64,000 nucleotides of DNA from Felis catus (taxonomy: Eukaryota), in the NCBI RefSeq assembly GCF_018350175.1, contig NC_058368.1, positions 209,562,001-209,626,000 of the forward strand. Reading direction: 5' to 3'. A program made the position numbers and the translations under genes. Shown one piece after another: positions 25,393-38,779 of the stretch. The notes under the pieces were generated by a model that had not been told where the DNA came from, searched no databases, and saw nothing but the letters and a program-made list of their open reading frames with translations. The first letter of the stretch is position 1. The number at the start of each line of letters is the position of its first letter.

Positions 25393-25604
25393 GGGGCGCC
25401 TGGGTGAGGCAGTCGGTTAAGCATCCGACTTCAGCCAGGTCACGATCTCGCGGTCCGTGAGTTCGAGCCCCGCGTCAGGCTCTGGGCTGATGGCTCAGAG
25501 CCTGGAGCCTGTTTCCGATTCCGTGTCTCCCTCTCTCTCTGCCCCTCCCCCGTTCATGCTCGGTCTCTCTTTGTCCCAAAAATAAACGTTGCAAAAAAAA
25601 AAAA
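25393..25604 (+). mobile_element. Young felid CanSINE
   Basis: TSD aaaaagtaaactttc; same diagnostic bases as the copies at 927 and 7474. Confidence 0.95.
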
Positions 25605-26509
25605 AAAAAGTAAACTTTCTATGAAACTCAGAATATTAAAAGAAAACATAACAGCAACTATATACTCAGATAGGTTAATAGAAATGCAGAACCAAATGAC
25701 TTTGAGTGTTATGTATAATCTCCAAGATAATGATTTCAAACAGTAACAGCATTTGAACTCTTTAATTAAATCTTAAACTCTCAAAACAATATTTTCACTG
25801 TTTTTCTTTCTTTGGTTTCTTGGTTTAGAAAATCTTGGGGTATTAACTAGATAGTGATTTCCTATGACTAGAATATATGATAGCAGATGGATATTTTAAA
25901 GTACCTAAAAGATCTTGTGTTCATGTTCTCTGTCTCTAAAAAATACAAAAATTAAAAAAAAAAAGTACCTAAAAGAAATCATTGAGAAATCTCATCTCAT
26001 GTTACAGAGGACTTTCACTGCTATTTAAGAAATCTAAGTAAAACTGAGGTGTATACAAAAGAAGGACATAAAAAGGTTTCTCAAATAATGTTTTAACACA
26101 CTTAACTATTAAACATAAACTCAAAAGCAAACTAAAAATGGAAATAAAACACTTTCAATTTTGATCAGAACACTGAACTGCCAGGACTTGAGGAAGTAGT
26201 TTAACTTCTCCTTACCAGTGCTTGATAATATTAAGTATGCTTATCACTGGGTGATGAAATTTCTAAGTGACTAATTTCCTTTTTCTTGTTTATCTGACTT
26301 CCTAATTTTTAAAGAAGTAAAACTTTATGTATATATAATAATCATGCACTTAGCACCTAATACCTGAACAGGACCTGACAGATAGTGGGTATTGTGTATA
26401 TAATGGTAAAAAACCAGACGTGGTTAACAGTCCAGTAGGAGTGATATTATAAATAATCGCCATGTAACATATAATTACATACTGTGATAAATCCCGTAAC
26501 AACAATAGC

Positions 26510-26750
26510 AATAATAAATAATAGTTAGCACTTAATATCTGCCTGGAATTGTTCTAAAGAATTTACATAATTTCACATTAATTTATATTGAGTTCATTTA
26601 ATTCATATTTACATATTATAGTTCATTTAATGCTTATCCTATTGAATACACACTACTATTACTTTCACTTTAAGATAATAAAAACTGAGGAATATAAAGG
26701 TTAAGTAACTTGCCAAAGGTCTGATTCCAGAGTCCCTGCTCTTAACATTC
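26510..26750 (-). mobile_element. MIR
   Basis: aaaactgagg...aaggttaagtaacttgccaaaggtc...ccagagtccctgctcttaac. Confidence 0.7.
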
Positions 26751-27319
26751 CAGAGTCCATGCTTTTTTCTAAGTGAAAAGAACAGGGCACTTTGAAAGAA
26801 AAAAAGATAATAACTAAGTTTACGTGGGGGTAGTGTAAGAAGTCACAGAATGTCTCATTAAGGAAATCTCATGACGAAGAGTTAGGCAAAAGGGGAAGAA
26901 GAAATGGGGACAGGGAATGATTAGTATGTTCTAGTCTCTAAAGAATGACAGAACCTAGGAAAAAGGAAAAGATTATGTGGCTGGTATATAGTGATGGACT
27001 GTTCAAGGGCTTTCGATTTCATTTCGTGCCACATAAAAAAAAAAAGTAATCTACTAGCCACTGATATATATATATGTCTTAGCTACTGAACATGGCATCT
27101 ATAGCTGCTTATTTGGAATCTATTTCACACAGCCTGCATATACTCCTTAAAAATATTAACTTGAGTTTAAAATCAGTTTCTGCATAATTACTCATCGCTT
27201 TAAAATTCTAGAAGAAATAAGAATTTGTCACAAATAAGGTATGAAAATAACTGCCTCAGAATAAACTTTAAAGGATAAACCTAAGTGCTAAGTAAGAAGA
27301 AAAATTAAACTCTTGGGTG

Positions 27320-28210
27320 TTTGTGAAATGAAAACTTATGTGCAAGCAAAAGCTTGCACCTGGATGTTCATAGCAGCTTTACCTATAACAGCCCCAAACA
27401 AACTGGAAACAACTCAAGATATCCTTCAATGCATGAATGGTTAAACAAACTGTGATAAATCTACACCACAGAATATCACTCAATAAAAAAGAAACAAAGT
27501 ATTGATATATAGAACTTGGATGGATCTCAAGGAAATTTCATACTGAGTGAAAAATCCCGAACTCAAAGTATACAATATGATTTCATTTAAGTAACATTTC
27601 TGAAATACCAACATTATAGAAATGAAGAGCAGATCAGTGGTTGCCAGGGATTACAGATGAGGAGTGCACGTATGTGTCTGTGAAGTGATAGTACAAGGGA
27701 ATGGTGCTGGATGATGAAACAGTTCTATATTGTTTGTTTGGTTTTTTAAAAGTTTGTTTGTTTGTTTGAGAGAGAGAGAGAGAAAGAGAGAGTACGGGGT
27801 ACAGGCACAGAGAGAGGGACAGAGAGAATCCCAAGTAGGCTCTGTACTGTCAGCGCAAAGCCTGATGCCAGGCTCGAACCATAAGATCATGACTTGAGCT
27901 GAAGTCAGATGCTTAACCAAATGAGCTCCCAGGCGCCCTGAAATAGTTCTGTATGTTGAGTGTGGTGGTAGATACACACAACCTCATGTATGATAAAAAA
28001 ACACACACACATATATAGCATAGGCATAGTTGGCTAAATCAGAATACTCTTAGATTGCACAAATGTCAATTTCCTGATTTTGACCCTGTACTAGAGTTAT
28101 ATACAATTTTACTATTGGGGGAGGCTGAGTTAAGGGTGCACCTCATGTCCCTATACTTTTTTTTTTTGCAACTTCTATGAATCTACAATTATTTCAAAAT
28201 AAAAAATTAT
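27320..28210 (+). mobile_element. Old L1 (L1MB/MC/MD-like) 3' end interrupted by a CanSINE (-, ~27745-27938)
   Basis: gatgttcatagcagctttac...gaatggttaaacaaactgtg...agatcagtggttgccagggatt; SINE TSD tgaaa(c/t)agttct(a/g)tat. Confidence 0.8.
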
Positions 28211-28344
28211 TAAAAAGCAATTAGAGTCTGGGTGCTCTACAGAGTACCTAGTTCATTCACGTTACTGGCTTTTATTATTGAACCATGTTAAAATAAAGTT
28301 GATTTAGAAACTACAGAACACTTTATAGGCAGAATGTTTTTTCT

Positions 28345-28564
28345 TAAAATTTTTATTTTATTTTTTAAAATGCTTATTTACTTTTGAAAGAGAGAAACTG
28401 ATTGGGCAAAGAGTAGAGACAGAGGGAGACAGAGGATCCGAAGCAGGTTCCATCCATGCTGACAGCAGAGAAGTGGATGCGGACTTGAACCCACAACTAA
28501 AACCACAAGATCATGACCTGAGCTGAAGTCAGACACTCAACTGACTGAACCACCCAAGCGTCCC
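28345..28564 (-). mobile_element. CanSINE
   Basis: Antisense SINE body. Confidence 0.85.
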
Positions 28565-28659
28565 TCTTAAGTTTTTATTTTTAAAAACTTTGAAAAGTTA
28601 TTTAAATTTTTTTCTGAAGGTTTTAAATTTTTTAGGTTAGGGAGATAACTGTAAATTCT

Positions 28660-30540
28660 GATTTAAAGATTTAATTTCAATTTTGCAAATTAATTACAAA
28701 GTTATGCAAAACTACCACACAAGTACAAGAAGCTGCCATAACCTTTACCCACATTCACCAATTGTTTACGTTTTGCCCCATCTGCTTTAACACTCACAAA
28801 CCTTCCTTCTTCCCTGCCCTAGGGTGTGGGTGTGTGTGTCTAAACTATGGGAGAGCAAGTTGAAGATATGGTCCATTCTTCTAAATACTTTACTATGTAC
28901 TTCCTAAGAACAAGAACATTCTCTTAGGTAATCACATCAGAATGAACAAAATCAGGAAATGTAACATTTATAAAATCTAAATATATCTAATATAAAGAAA
29001 TATAATCTAAATAATCTTAACAATAATTTAAAAATCTTAAATAATCAAAAATATCTAGGGGCGCCTAGGTGGCTTAGTCAGTTAAGTGTCCAACTCTTTG
29101 ATTTTTGCTCAGGTCATGATCTCATGGTTCACGGGTTCAAGCCCTGTACAGGGCTCCACACTGACAGTGCCGAAGCCTGCTTGGGATTCCCTCTCTGTCC
29201 CTCCTGTGTGCACTCTCTCTCTCCCTCTCAAAATAAATAAAACTTTAAAATAAAATATGTAATCCACAGTCCCTCTTTTATCAATTGTTCCAATAATGTT
29301 CTTTTACAGTTATTTTTTTTTCTTGCTTCAAGAACCAATCCAAGATCACATACTGCATTCAATTTTCATGTCTCCTAAGTCTTCTTGAATCTAGAATACC
29401 TCCTTAGACTTCATTTACTGATGTGGATATCTTTTAAGAGTATGGGCATACTGTATTGTAGAATCCATCAATTTGGGTTTACCTGATGTTATTATTAGAT
29501 TCAGGTGATGCATTTTTGGTAGGAATACCACAGAAGTGGATTTTATATCCTCCTTAGTGCATCACATAATAAAGCATCTGATACCAGTTTTTTCCTAATA
29601 TTGGTGATGTTAATTTTGATTACTTAAGATGGTATGGGCCATGCTCTCCTCCATTACTCTTTGCAGTTAGTTAATAAGAAATTTGTGGAGATTTTGAGAC
29701 TATATAAATATCTGATTCTAATTAAACTTTTACTCCCTAATTTTAACACCATTAATGATTTTCTATCAATCTGTTATATTTACTACTTAGCATTCTACTG
29801 TAATGGAGCATTCCCCTTCTCTCTTCATTCATTCATATCAGTGTAGATTTGAGATTTCCTTTCCTTTCCTTCCTTCCTTCCCTTCTTCCTTCCTCCTTCC
29901 CTCCTTCTTTCTCCCTCCCTCCCTCTTTCTTTCCTTCCTTCCTTTCTTCTTTCCTTCTTTCCTCCCTCCTTTCTTTTCTCTCTTTCTCTCCTTCTCTCTT
30001 TTTCCCTTCCTTCCTTCCTTACTCCCTCCCTCCTTCCTTCTCTTCTTTCCTCCCTCCCTCTTTTTTTTCCTTCCTTCCTTCCTTCCTTCCTTCCTTCCTT
30101 CCTTCCTTCCTTCCTTCCTTCCTTCCTCCCTCCCTCCCTCCCTCCCTCCCTCCCTTCCTTCCTTCTTGTTGGCTCTGCAGGGCTTAAACTCACAACCCCT
30201 GAGATCAAGACCTGAGCTGAGATCAAGAGTTGGACTTTTAATCAACTGAGCCACCCAGGTGCCCCTTGAGATTTCTTTTTTATTCAATGGGTTACAATCT
30301 TTTATTATCATCATTTATTTTGATGCTCAAATGGTCCCAGATTTGGATAGTAGCAGCTCCTTCAAGCTCACTTCTGTGTCCTTCTGTTGTGTCCTATCCT
30401 CCTTTAAGCAATTTCTTACTTTCAAGGCAGTAAGATGTTTTAATCTTATCTCATACTTTTCCTACCTGAGCAGTGGAAATCAGCCTTTTCCTCAGGGAGG
30501 AGCTCTGGTTCTATTTAGTGGAGAATATTGTTTAGATATA
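28660..30540 (-). mobile_element. Old L1 (L1MC/ME-like) 3' region hosting CanSINEs at ~29057-29255 (+) and ~29857-30265 (-)
   Basis: tcctaagaacaagaacattctctta; ttagattcaggtgatgcatttttggtaggaataccacagaagtg; SINE TSD ttgagatttc. Confidence 0.7.
29857..30166. repeat. ~310-bp polypyrimidine/polypurine tract, (CCTT)n/(CCCT)n
   Basis: Almost entirely C/T on the + strand; occupies the tail position of the SINE at ~30167-30265. Confidence 0.95.
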
Positions 30541-31289
30541 GTGCCAGTTTTGCTCTGTTACCGGTATCTCATTGTAGGCTGAGTTTTAGTTTGAAAAGAA
30601 AATAAAGTTAAATGAAAACGAAGCAAGGACATTAAATGAAGAGACCCAAGAGAAAAATAAGTGTGTGAAAGCATGGATCTCAAAATAATATAAACATGTG
30701 AACAGCAATTTGTAAATTCCAGAATCACACAATTTTATAGTTGAAAATTATCTTAGGGATAATATAGCTAAGCTTTCTTATTTCTCAAATACAAAAACCA
30801 AACCCTAGAGATGGTACATACCTTGACTGAGGTCACAGAAGCAATTATTAGCCAAAGTCAGCAAAGTCTCAATTCAATGTTCATCAAGTTCTGCTCTTAT
30901 ACTATTAATTAAAAAATAGTTATTGAGTGCCTACAATGTGCAATGCACTGTTGTGGCTAGAGATATATAGCAGTGACCAAAAAAAGACATTAATCTCCGT
31001 GCCCTCACAAAGCTTAGATCATAATATGGAAAACTGGATCAACTGCTTCATTTCATGTCTTTAGGGAAATGCAAATTACAACCATAATGAGATACCACTA
31101 CATTAAAATTAAAAAGACTAATCATTTCAACTGTTGGAAAGAGAGCATGGTAAACAACAGGAACTCTGATACAATATTGGTGGAAATATACAAAATTGGT
31201 ATAACTGCTTTGGGTAACTAACCATTATCTATCCTAGATATATACCCAATAGAAAAACTCAATGACTTAAAAAACAAGTCTCTTAACCT

Positions 31290-31810
31290 CCTCCTAGAAC
31301 CAGTGGCCAGGCTGGACATGCTGGTCTCTTAGAGATGTCAGAGGCACAGAAGTGCAAGCCCATTCCTGCAAGTACTTTTCAAGCCTTTGGTACTGTCATA
31401 TCCATCCACTAATTCCAATGGTCAAACCAAGTCCTATAGCCAAATGCAAAGTCTAGTATGGGTAGGGAAATAGTCTCTGCCTTTTTAGGAGTGGGAGGAA
31501 CTACACAATCACATGGGAAATAACTTGGATACAGGGATGGGCAAAAAACTGTGGCTATTAATGCAATCTATCACTCTCACTTCATCCATTTTCAGGACTG
31601 GAAGGTGGTAGTTTTTAAATAAGCCCTCCAGGTGATTCTGATGCATCCTGAAGTTTGAAAGCGACTGGGCTCTACAGATTGCTAGGCCTCACTCCCAGAG
31701 TTTCTAGTTCATTAGGTCTTGAGTAATACCTAAGGATTTGACATTTCTAAAAATTTTCTGAGATGATGCAAATGCTACTGATCCCAGGGACCACACTGAT
31801 AAATACTGGG
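31290..31810. mobile_element. Old MaLR LTR fragment (~31290-31575) followed by MER5-type hAT fragments (~31600-31810)
   Basis: aagccctccaggtgattctgatgca...gtttgaaagc and cagattgctaggcctcactcccagagtttct...ccagggaccacact. Confidence 0.6.
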
Positions 31811-32370
31811 TTAGGAGATAGGGAAAGGCTTCTGAGGAAAATGTCCTCTGTAATTAATTTTGAAAGCTTGGCAGGAATTGTCTGATGAAGAAGACTAGTA
31901 AGGGTGTTCCGGACAGGGGGAAAAGCAGATGCATAGATAGAAAGGTAGAAAAATGCATGACAGTTTTTAAGATATTTCAAGTACTTCAGCATGAACACAG
32001 CGAAAGGTGTGGACAGTGAGGAGGTTAAGTAGGCAGAGACCAGATCATGAAAAAAGCCTTAAGTGTTAAGGAGTCCAAATAGGACTGAACACTACAGACA
32101 ACCATGGAAGGATTTCATACTGAGAAAATGATATAAGTGGATCCTGCAGCAATGGACAAGTAGAAGGTACTAGACTGTAGGTAGGAAGAACAATAAGGTA
32201 GGGAACATACCAATGAAGCAATGAGAGCCTGAACCAAGACAGGGGAAGCTAACAGCAAGAAAGAGATATACAGGAGTAAAAGAGATGAACTTGGTGACAA
32301 CTTCAATGTGGAGGGTAAGTGAGAGAAAAGCATCTAAGACAACTGTCAGGTTCTGGTTTGGGCAGCCAAA
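31810..32370. mobile_element. L2 fragment
   Basis: agggaaaggcttctgagg...ggcagagaccagatcatg...aagacaactgtcaggttctgg. Confidence 0.6.
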
Positions 32371-33749
32371 AGTGTAATACACACATACACATACATTATT
32401 AAACATACATATCAAAACCTGCTTCAATCTGTAAGGCTTTGAGGCAGTTTACCAGAAAAATACATAGGATAAAAAATAAACAGGTGAAGGATTCAGGGTA
32501 AGGGATACATCTGGATAAATAAGAATGGCACAGAGAAAAGCATATTATATTGCTCTCTAAAACTCCCAAGAATTGCCCATCAAATGTGGCTTAAGCTTCC
32601 TAGTTAGCTAGACAAAGAAGAAAATACACAGTGTCTATAAAATAAGAGTGAATGAGTTATTCAGGAGAAGTACAGCTTTTCTAAGATAACTGTAATCTGA
32701 GAGAAATTTCACCAGTTAGTCCTCATAAAGAAGATTGTGGATGGTATATGTTACAGAGAAAGTTCTTGAAAGCGTTCCTAAGAAACCAAAAATCTATTTT
32801 GGGTCACTCTTCGTTTTCTTCTTTCCTTTTTAAAAATTGCATCCTAAATACACAAGTCAGTAAAAGCAAGCCTAAAAGGGGCCAAAATCATGCAATCTAA
32901 GCATACAAATCTCTAATGGTGTGGTTTAACCTCAGAGTAAAATATACAATATTCAGGGGAATGGTCAGAATGCCACCTACTGGTCAGTCCTCCTTTAATA
33001 CATCTAACTGAGCTTCTGAAAAATTGAGGTAACCCAGAATACATGGTAGAATGCAAACATTTGGTATTACTAAGAACAGAAATATATGTTTTCCCAATCA
33101 ATCAATCAATCAATCAAGGCAAGGCAAATGCAGAGAAGCTAATTTTATGAAGTTTAAAGAAGCCTACCCAAAATATGTTCCACTTATACACAGAAGCCTC
33201 AGATAGGTTAGCATCTTCTTCCAAAAAAGTCTGATTCTACTCTAAAACATGGATGAATGAGTGGATCATGGCTCCAAATTTCAAACTGAGTGCTACTAAT
33301 TATAGGTAAATGCTATCTATTGCAATTTTCATAACCTGAAAGCCCAAAAGTTGATAAAACATCTTACTCTAGGCAATACTTTGTATTGTCTCTACTGTTT
33401 TACACACCACAAATTCTCTTTTATAAAGAAGACTACATATGTATAAATTTACTAGGCTGCTTAATTATAGGCAGTGTGTGGCCTATATTCTGAGTTACAC
33501 AGGGGGAGAAAGGAATCTGTATACATGCCAGCTATGTGCCAGGCACTGTGCTAGTTGCTTTATATATATATTTTTTTCCATTTACTCTTCTTAATAACCG
33601 AATGAATAACTCTCATCTTCATTTAAAGATGGGAAGAGAACAAACTTTAATGAATTGCCTGAAGTATAATAATTAGTTATGATGTGAAATAAGGATTTTG
33701 AACCAATTTGTCATCACTCAGAAACAAAAATTATAAAAGGACTCTCAAA

Positions 33750-34610
33750 GAGAAAAAAAGATGCTCAACCTTACTCTTAATATGAGAAATGTGAACTAAA
33801 AGTACACTGGGTTATATAGCAAGCTTTTCAATTCTGGCCAACCTGATAAATGAAAAATAGTAAGACACTCTATTGTTAAGGTATATGGAAATAGGCACTC
33901 TCATACATTGCTGGTTAGAATGCAAAATGGAGTTGAATTTAGCAATATTGAACAAAATTATATATGCATTTTATGTAAACTTTTGATCTGGTAATCCCAC
34001 TTCTAGGAATTTGCCCTCCAAAAATGTGAAGACCATATGCATCATATAATGTTAATCATTACAGTATTATTAGCAATAGAAAAATTTTGTAAACAATTTA
34101 ATGCCTACTTGTAGGAAACTGAATAAACTATGGTACATCCACGTCATGGGATATTATGTAGCAGTTAAAAAGAATGAGAACTAACTATGAGCTGATATGG
34201 AATAATCCCCAGGATATACTAAGTGAAAAAAGCAAACTGCAAAAAAAAAAGTGTATACAGAGTACAATCTTTCTCTAATGAAGGAGAAACAGGAACATAC
34301 CATAGGTATTGCTTAACCACAAAAAGAAATCAGGAAAGATAAACTTGAAAGTAATGAAATGCTTACCCACAGGGAAGGTTGGAATAGAATGGTAGTGAGA
34401 CTTCTGAGCAGACCTTCCTAATACAGTTTGACTTTGAACCATGTAAATGTTATACTCAAAAAAACATTAGATCAAAATGGATAAAAAAGCAAATCCTAAT
34501 ATTGAATACAAACAGCCACAAATGCACCAAACTGTGTTATCAATAATATAATCAAACAAAAATTTAATCTAAGTAATTCTGACCACAGTATGCTGATTAT
34601 ATGCCATTAC
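33750..34610 (+). mobile_element. Old L1 (L1ME-like) 3' end
   Basis: ggcactctcatacattgctggttagaatgcaaaatgg; aatcccacttctaggaatttg; aataaactatggtacatcc. Confidence 0.75.
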
Positions 34611-34614
34611 AGGG

Positions 34615-35033
34615 TGTGATGGGATGAACTGTGGCCCCCTCCAAAATATGTCCCCTCAGAACCTATTCATGTGACCTTATTTGGAAAGAGTCTTTGCAAA
34701 TGTAAGGATGTGAAAATAAGATCATCCTGGATTAAGCATGAGCCCTAAGTCCAATGAACATGCCCTTATAAAAGACAGAAATGGAAGGTACAGAGAAGAA
34801 AGCCATGTGAAGATGGAGATGGAGACTGGAGTTTTTTGCAGCCACAAGCCAAAGAATGCCTGAAGCCACCAGAATCTGGGAGAGCTAAGGAAGGACTCTT
34901 TCCTAGAGCCCAGAAGGAGTCTGCTGATACATTTTAGACTTGTGGCCTTTACAACTGTAAGAGAATAAATTTCTGTTGTTTTATGTCCCCATATTTGTGG
35001 CAACTTTGTATAGCAGCCCTAGAAAACATATAC
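34615..35033 (+). mobile_element. MaLR solo LTR (MLT1B/C-like)
   Basis: gtgaccttatttggaaagagtctttgca; gccacaagccaaagaatgcctgaagccaccagaa; aataaatttctgttgtttta...tagcagccctagaaaac. Confidence 0.88.
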
Positions 35034-36074
35034 ACCAGGATATATTCTAAGGACATAAATGATAGAAAAGAAGTATTTATTTTTTTCATTCAATCACTTA
35101 TATTTATTAAGCATCTACCATATGTCACCATGTAAGGTACTGGGGATATGTGAGTAAGCAACAACAACAACAACAAAAAAAAAGACAATACCTCTGTCCT
35201 CACAGAGCTTAGAACACTAGTGAAATTCTATTAACAAAATGCTAAGCAAAGCTTAAGCCAATTTCCTGGTGATATAAGACCTTTCACCAAAATTTGGAAA
35301 GAAATCTTGAAATGTATTATTTTTCTTCAGTCCCATTCAGCTGCAAGAATGAAATTTAACCACAGCTATAGTTTTGCGAAGACAGGGGCAAAGGAACTGA
35401 AGATATATGCAAGGGAGTGATTATAACTGACCTATGAATTTAAGACACATGGAAAGAAATAAGGATATAGGGGTGAAGAAAACCAGTACTGCAACACTCA
35501 GTACTTGTGAATAAGTACTTCTATCCTGCAACAATTTAATCCTTTGGCTTCTGAAGCTATATCTTCCCTCTTGTACCTTACTGATGGACTCTTCACTGAT
35601 TCCACTTTATCCAAATGGTTTATTATCTTTCACCATTTTTGAAGTCTAGCTATTTGGCCCTATGTATACTTCCTCCAAAATTCATTCATTTTCATGGCTT
35701 CTGAGAGACTGGTATGGCTTCATTATGTGAGAGTTAATTCATGATTCTTCACTGACACTACTAACTCTTACAGTACCAATGTATCAATATGGCTGACATT
35801 CAACAATGTCAGCCTTTCCTTTCAAGTGCTATAAACATTTCTAAATGTTTACAAGTAACATTTCTGAAATAAAAATCACTGCCTGCAATCTTCAATTTCT
35901 ATCACTATTCCCATTTATTAGTAATCCAACACTCAGGTAATAATATTTTTAAAAAATCCCTGTTATCATCTATATGATTAGTCCATTTTTCCTCTTCTGT
36001 TCTACTGCTCTAATCCGAAATTTAAAAATCTATCTACCTAAATTATTGTAAATACTAATTAACTGTGATCTAAA

Positions 36075-36263
36075 AAAAATTTTTAAGTTTAGTTATTATT
36101 TTGAGAGAGAATGCATGCACGCGAGCAAGGGACAGGCAGAGACAGAGTCTCAAGCAGGTTCCCCACTGTCAGTGCTGACCGTGGTGCAGGGCTCGAACCC
36201 ACAAACCAAGAGATCATGATCTGAGCTGAAATCAAGAGTCAGCCAGAGCCACGCAGGTGCCCC
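36075..36263 (-). mobile_element. CanSINE
   Basis: Antisense SINE body. Confidence 0.85.
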
Positions 36264-37034
36264 TAGGATTTTTGTTTTTTTAATCAGCCGTCCTTCATGC
36301 AGGTATGCAATGAACTCCTCTTAAACAAATGTTTTTATTATTTACTTTCATAATTAATAATAAAAAACAATCTACAAATTTAATTCTAAAGTTGACTCTT
36401 ACATTCAATCTCCTCCATAACTTACACTTTCTCTTCAATTATATTTCTCCTGATTCCAATATAAACTCCCCATTCTTGTCAGATTGGTCCTTTCACTGTT
36501 CCTCAAACATGCTATCCTCAAATCTTGCACCAATACATTTCCTTACAATGTTCCTTTTCCTTCTATACCTAAACCAATTCTACCTGTCTGTCAAACTCCA
36601 ACCAATTCCTTGAAAACTTCCTCACTACTATACTCCACAATCTTTTCTTCTAATAAACTCCTGAGTTACATGCATACAAGTCAGGATCTGGCCATGCATA
36701 ATCATATTCTCTAACCATTTCATTAGCACCCTTATGGCAAAATCTTGTCTCAATTTTTTTTTCATCTTCTTATAATACCTAGCACAATGATGGCCATATG
36801 TTTAGTAGGTTAAACTGACATGAAAACAGTAAGGAATTGCTAGAAAATGGTATTAGATAAAAAAAACTCAAGGCCTTATACAAGCACTAGGTAAAAGAGT
36901 CTGAAATATGAATGCTAAGCAAGTTCATATTTTTAAAGTGATAACATCAGGAAGTCATAACTGAACATAATCAGGTGATCTTAAAGCTACAGTCTTCACA
37001 TTAAGCTTATATTAGCAGCCTCATGTTTGTTTTT

Positions 37035-37800
37035 TATTTTTATTTTTTATTTTATTTTTTTAACGTTTATTTATTTTTGAGACAGAGAGAGACAGAGCAT
37101 GAATGGGGGAGGGGCAGAGAGAGAGGGAGACACAGAATCGGAAACAGGCTCCAGGCTCTGAGCTATTAGCCCAGAGCCCGATGCGGGGCTCGAACTCATG
37201 GACCGTGAGATCGTGACCTGAGCTGAAGTCAGATGCTTAACCGACTGAGCTACCCAGGCGCCCCATCATGTTTGTTTTTTAAATGTTTGTTTGTTTTTGA
37301 GAGAATGAGCAGGGGAGGAGTGGAGTGGGGGGACAGAGGATCTGAAGCAGGCTCTGCACTGACAGCAGAGAGCCCAACATGGGGCTCAAACCCATGAACC
37401 ACAAGATCATGACCTGAGTCTAAGTTGGGACACTTAACTGACTAAGCCACCCAGGCACCCCCCCTCATGTTTTTTTTCTATTGGAAAGGGAATCACATTT
37501 TAACAGAGCTCTATATCAGTTACATTCTAGAATTCCCTTCTCTCTTCTTTCAGTACTCTTATTAAGAGTTCAAAAATTGGAGGGGCGCCTGGGTGGCTCA
37601 GTTGGTTAAGTGTCCCACTTTGGCTCAGGTCATGATCTCACAGCTTGGTAGGGCTCGAGCCCAGCGTCAGGCTCTGTGCTGACAGCTCAGAGCCTGGAGC
37701 CTGCTTCGGATTCTGTCTCCATTTCTCTCTGCCCCTCCCCTGCTCATGCTCTGTCTCTCTCTCAAAAATAAAAATAAACATAAAAAAAAAAAAAAGAGGT
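37035..37800. mobile_element. Three CanSINEs: ~37035-37264 (-), ~37275-37463 (-), 37582-37800 (+)
   Basis: Three SINE heads; tcatgttt recurs around the two minus copies; aaaaattgga flanks the plus copy. Confidence 0.92.
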
Positions 37801-38779
37801 AAAAAATTGGAATTAAAATTTAAACAGATTGATAATTCAAAATTCCTGGAGAAATCCAGCATGTAACCCAAAACAGATACATAGAAAAGCTAAATATGTT
37901 AACTAACTTCTTACTTATCAAACATAAATGCTGTGAAAACAAGAAAGGTGAAATAATAAAATCCAGCTGGTATTTTATCTGTGCTAAATCAAATAGAATC
38001 TGGTAATTTTTACTTGATTTCTGAAACCGTAATTAAAAATCTGCTCAGATTTGTTCAATTATTAAAAATTAAATTCTGTATCAAAAATTACCATTAAGTT
38101 GATATTACAAACAAACTTCTGCTTCCTGTATGTTATCTTCTTAACAAATCTCCTTTTTCTTCTTGAAATCCACTAGATTCTCATTCCTTCAACACAAAAA
38201 CCCAGAAATGAAAAATGTCTGTACTATCTGATCAGATGTCAGCCAACAATGATTAAGTTTTAAATAACCACTATGCAAACATATAAAATTAAATATTATA
38301 ATTTCTACAGATGCTTTTGTCCAAATACAATCACAGAATTTTAAAGGCAGAAGAAAATTTATAGTTACTAGTCCAACTTGCCTATTTTACATAAGAAACA
38401 GGAATGTTTCATGCTTGTTAAGTTTTGGGGGAGCAGTAGTGAGGAAAAATAGCATTACTACAGCTAATGTAATGAAGATGAAGAAACTGGGAATTTACTG
38501 TAACTATGAAATTGACATAAAAACAAAACTCAATATACGATCTGATAACCACATTTAGTTAGATACAAATTCTACTAAATACTGGCATGGGTAGTTAACT
38601 ATCAAAGAAGACACATGAGAACTGACAGTATCATATAGAAAATATAAACAGAATTATCAGTGTATACAAATTTATGATTATTTAGAAAATAATACTTTAA
38701 AAAAATTTAGTACCACCATTCTAGATAAATCTAGTTTATGTCTCATTTTCCATTCTATTTGGGATAAAAATTCAATTTA

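Noticed and set aside
29803..30314. Several 110-160 aa ORFs on both strands
   Set aside because: Translations of the (CCTT)n tract, which lacks stop codons.
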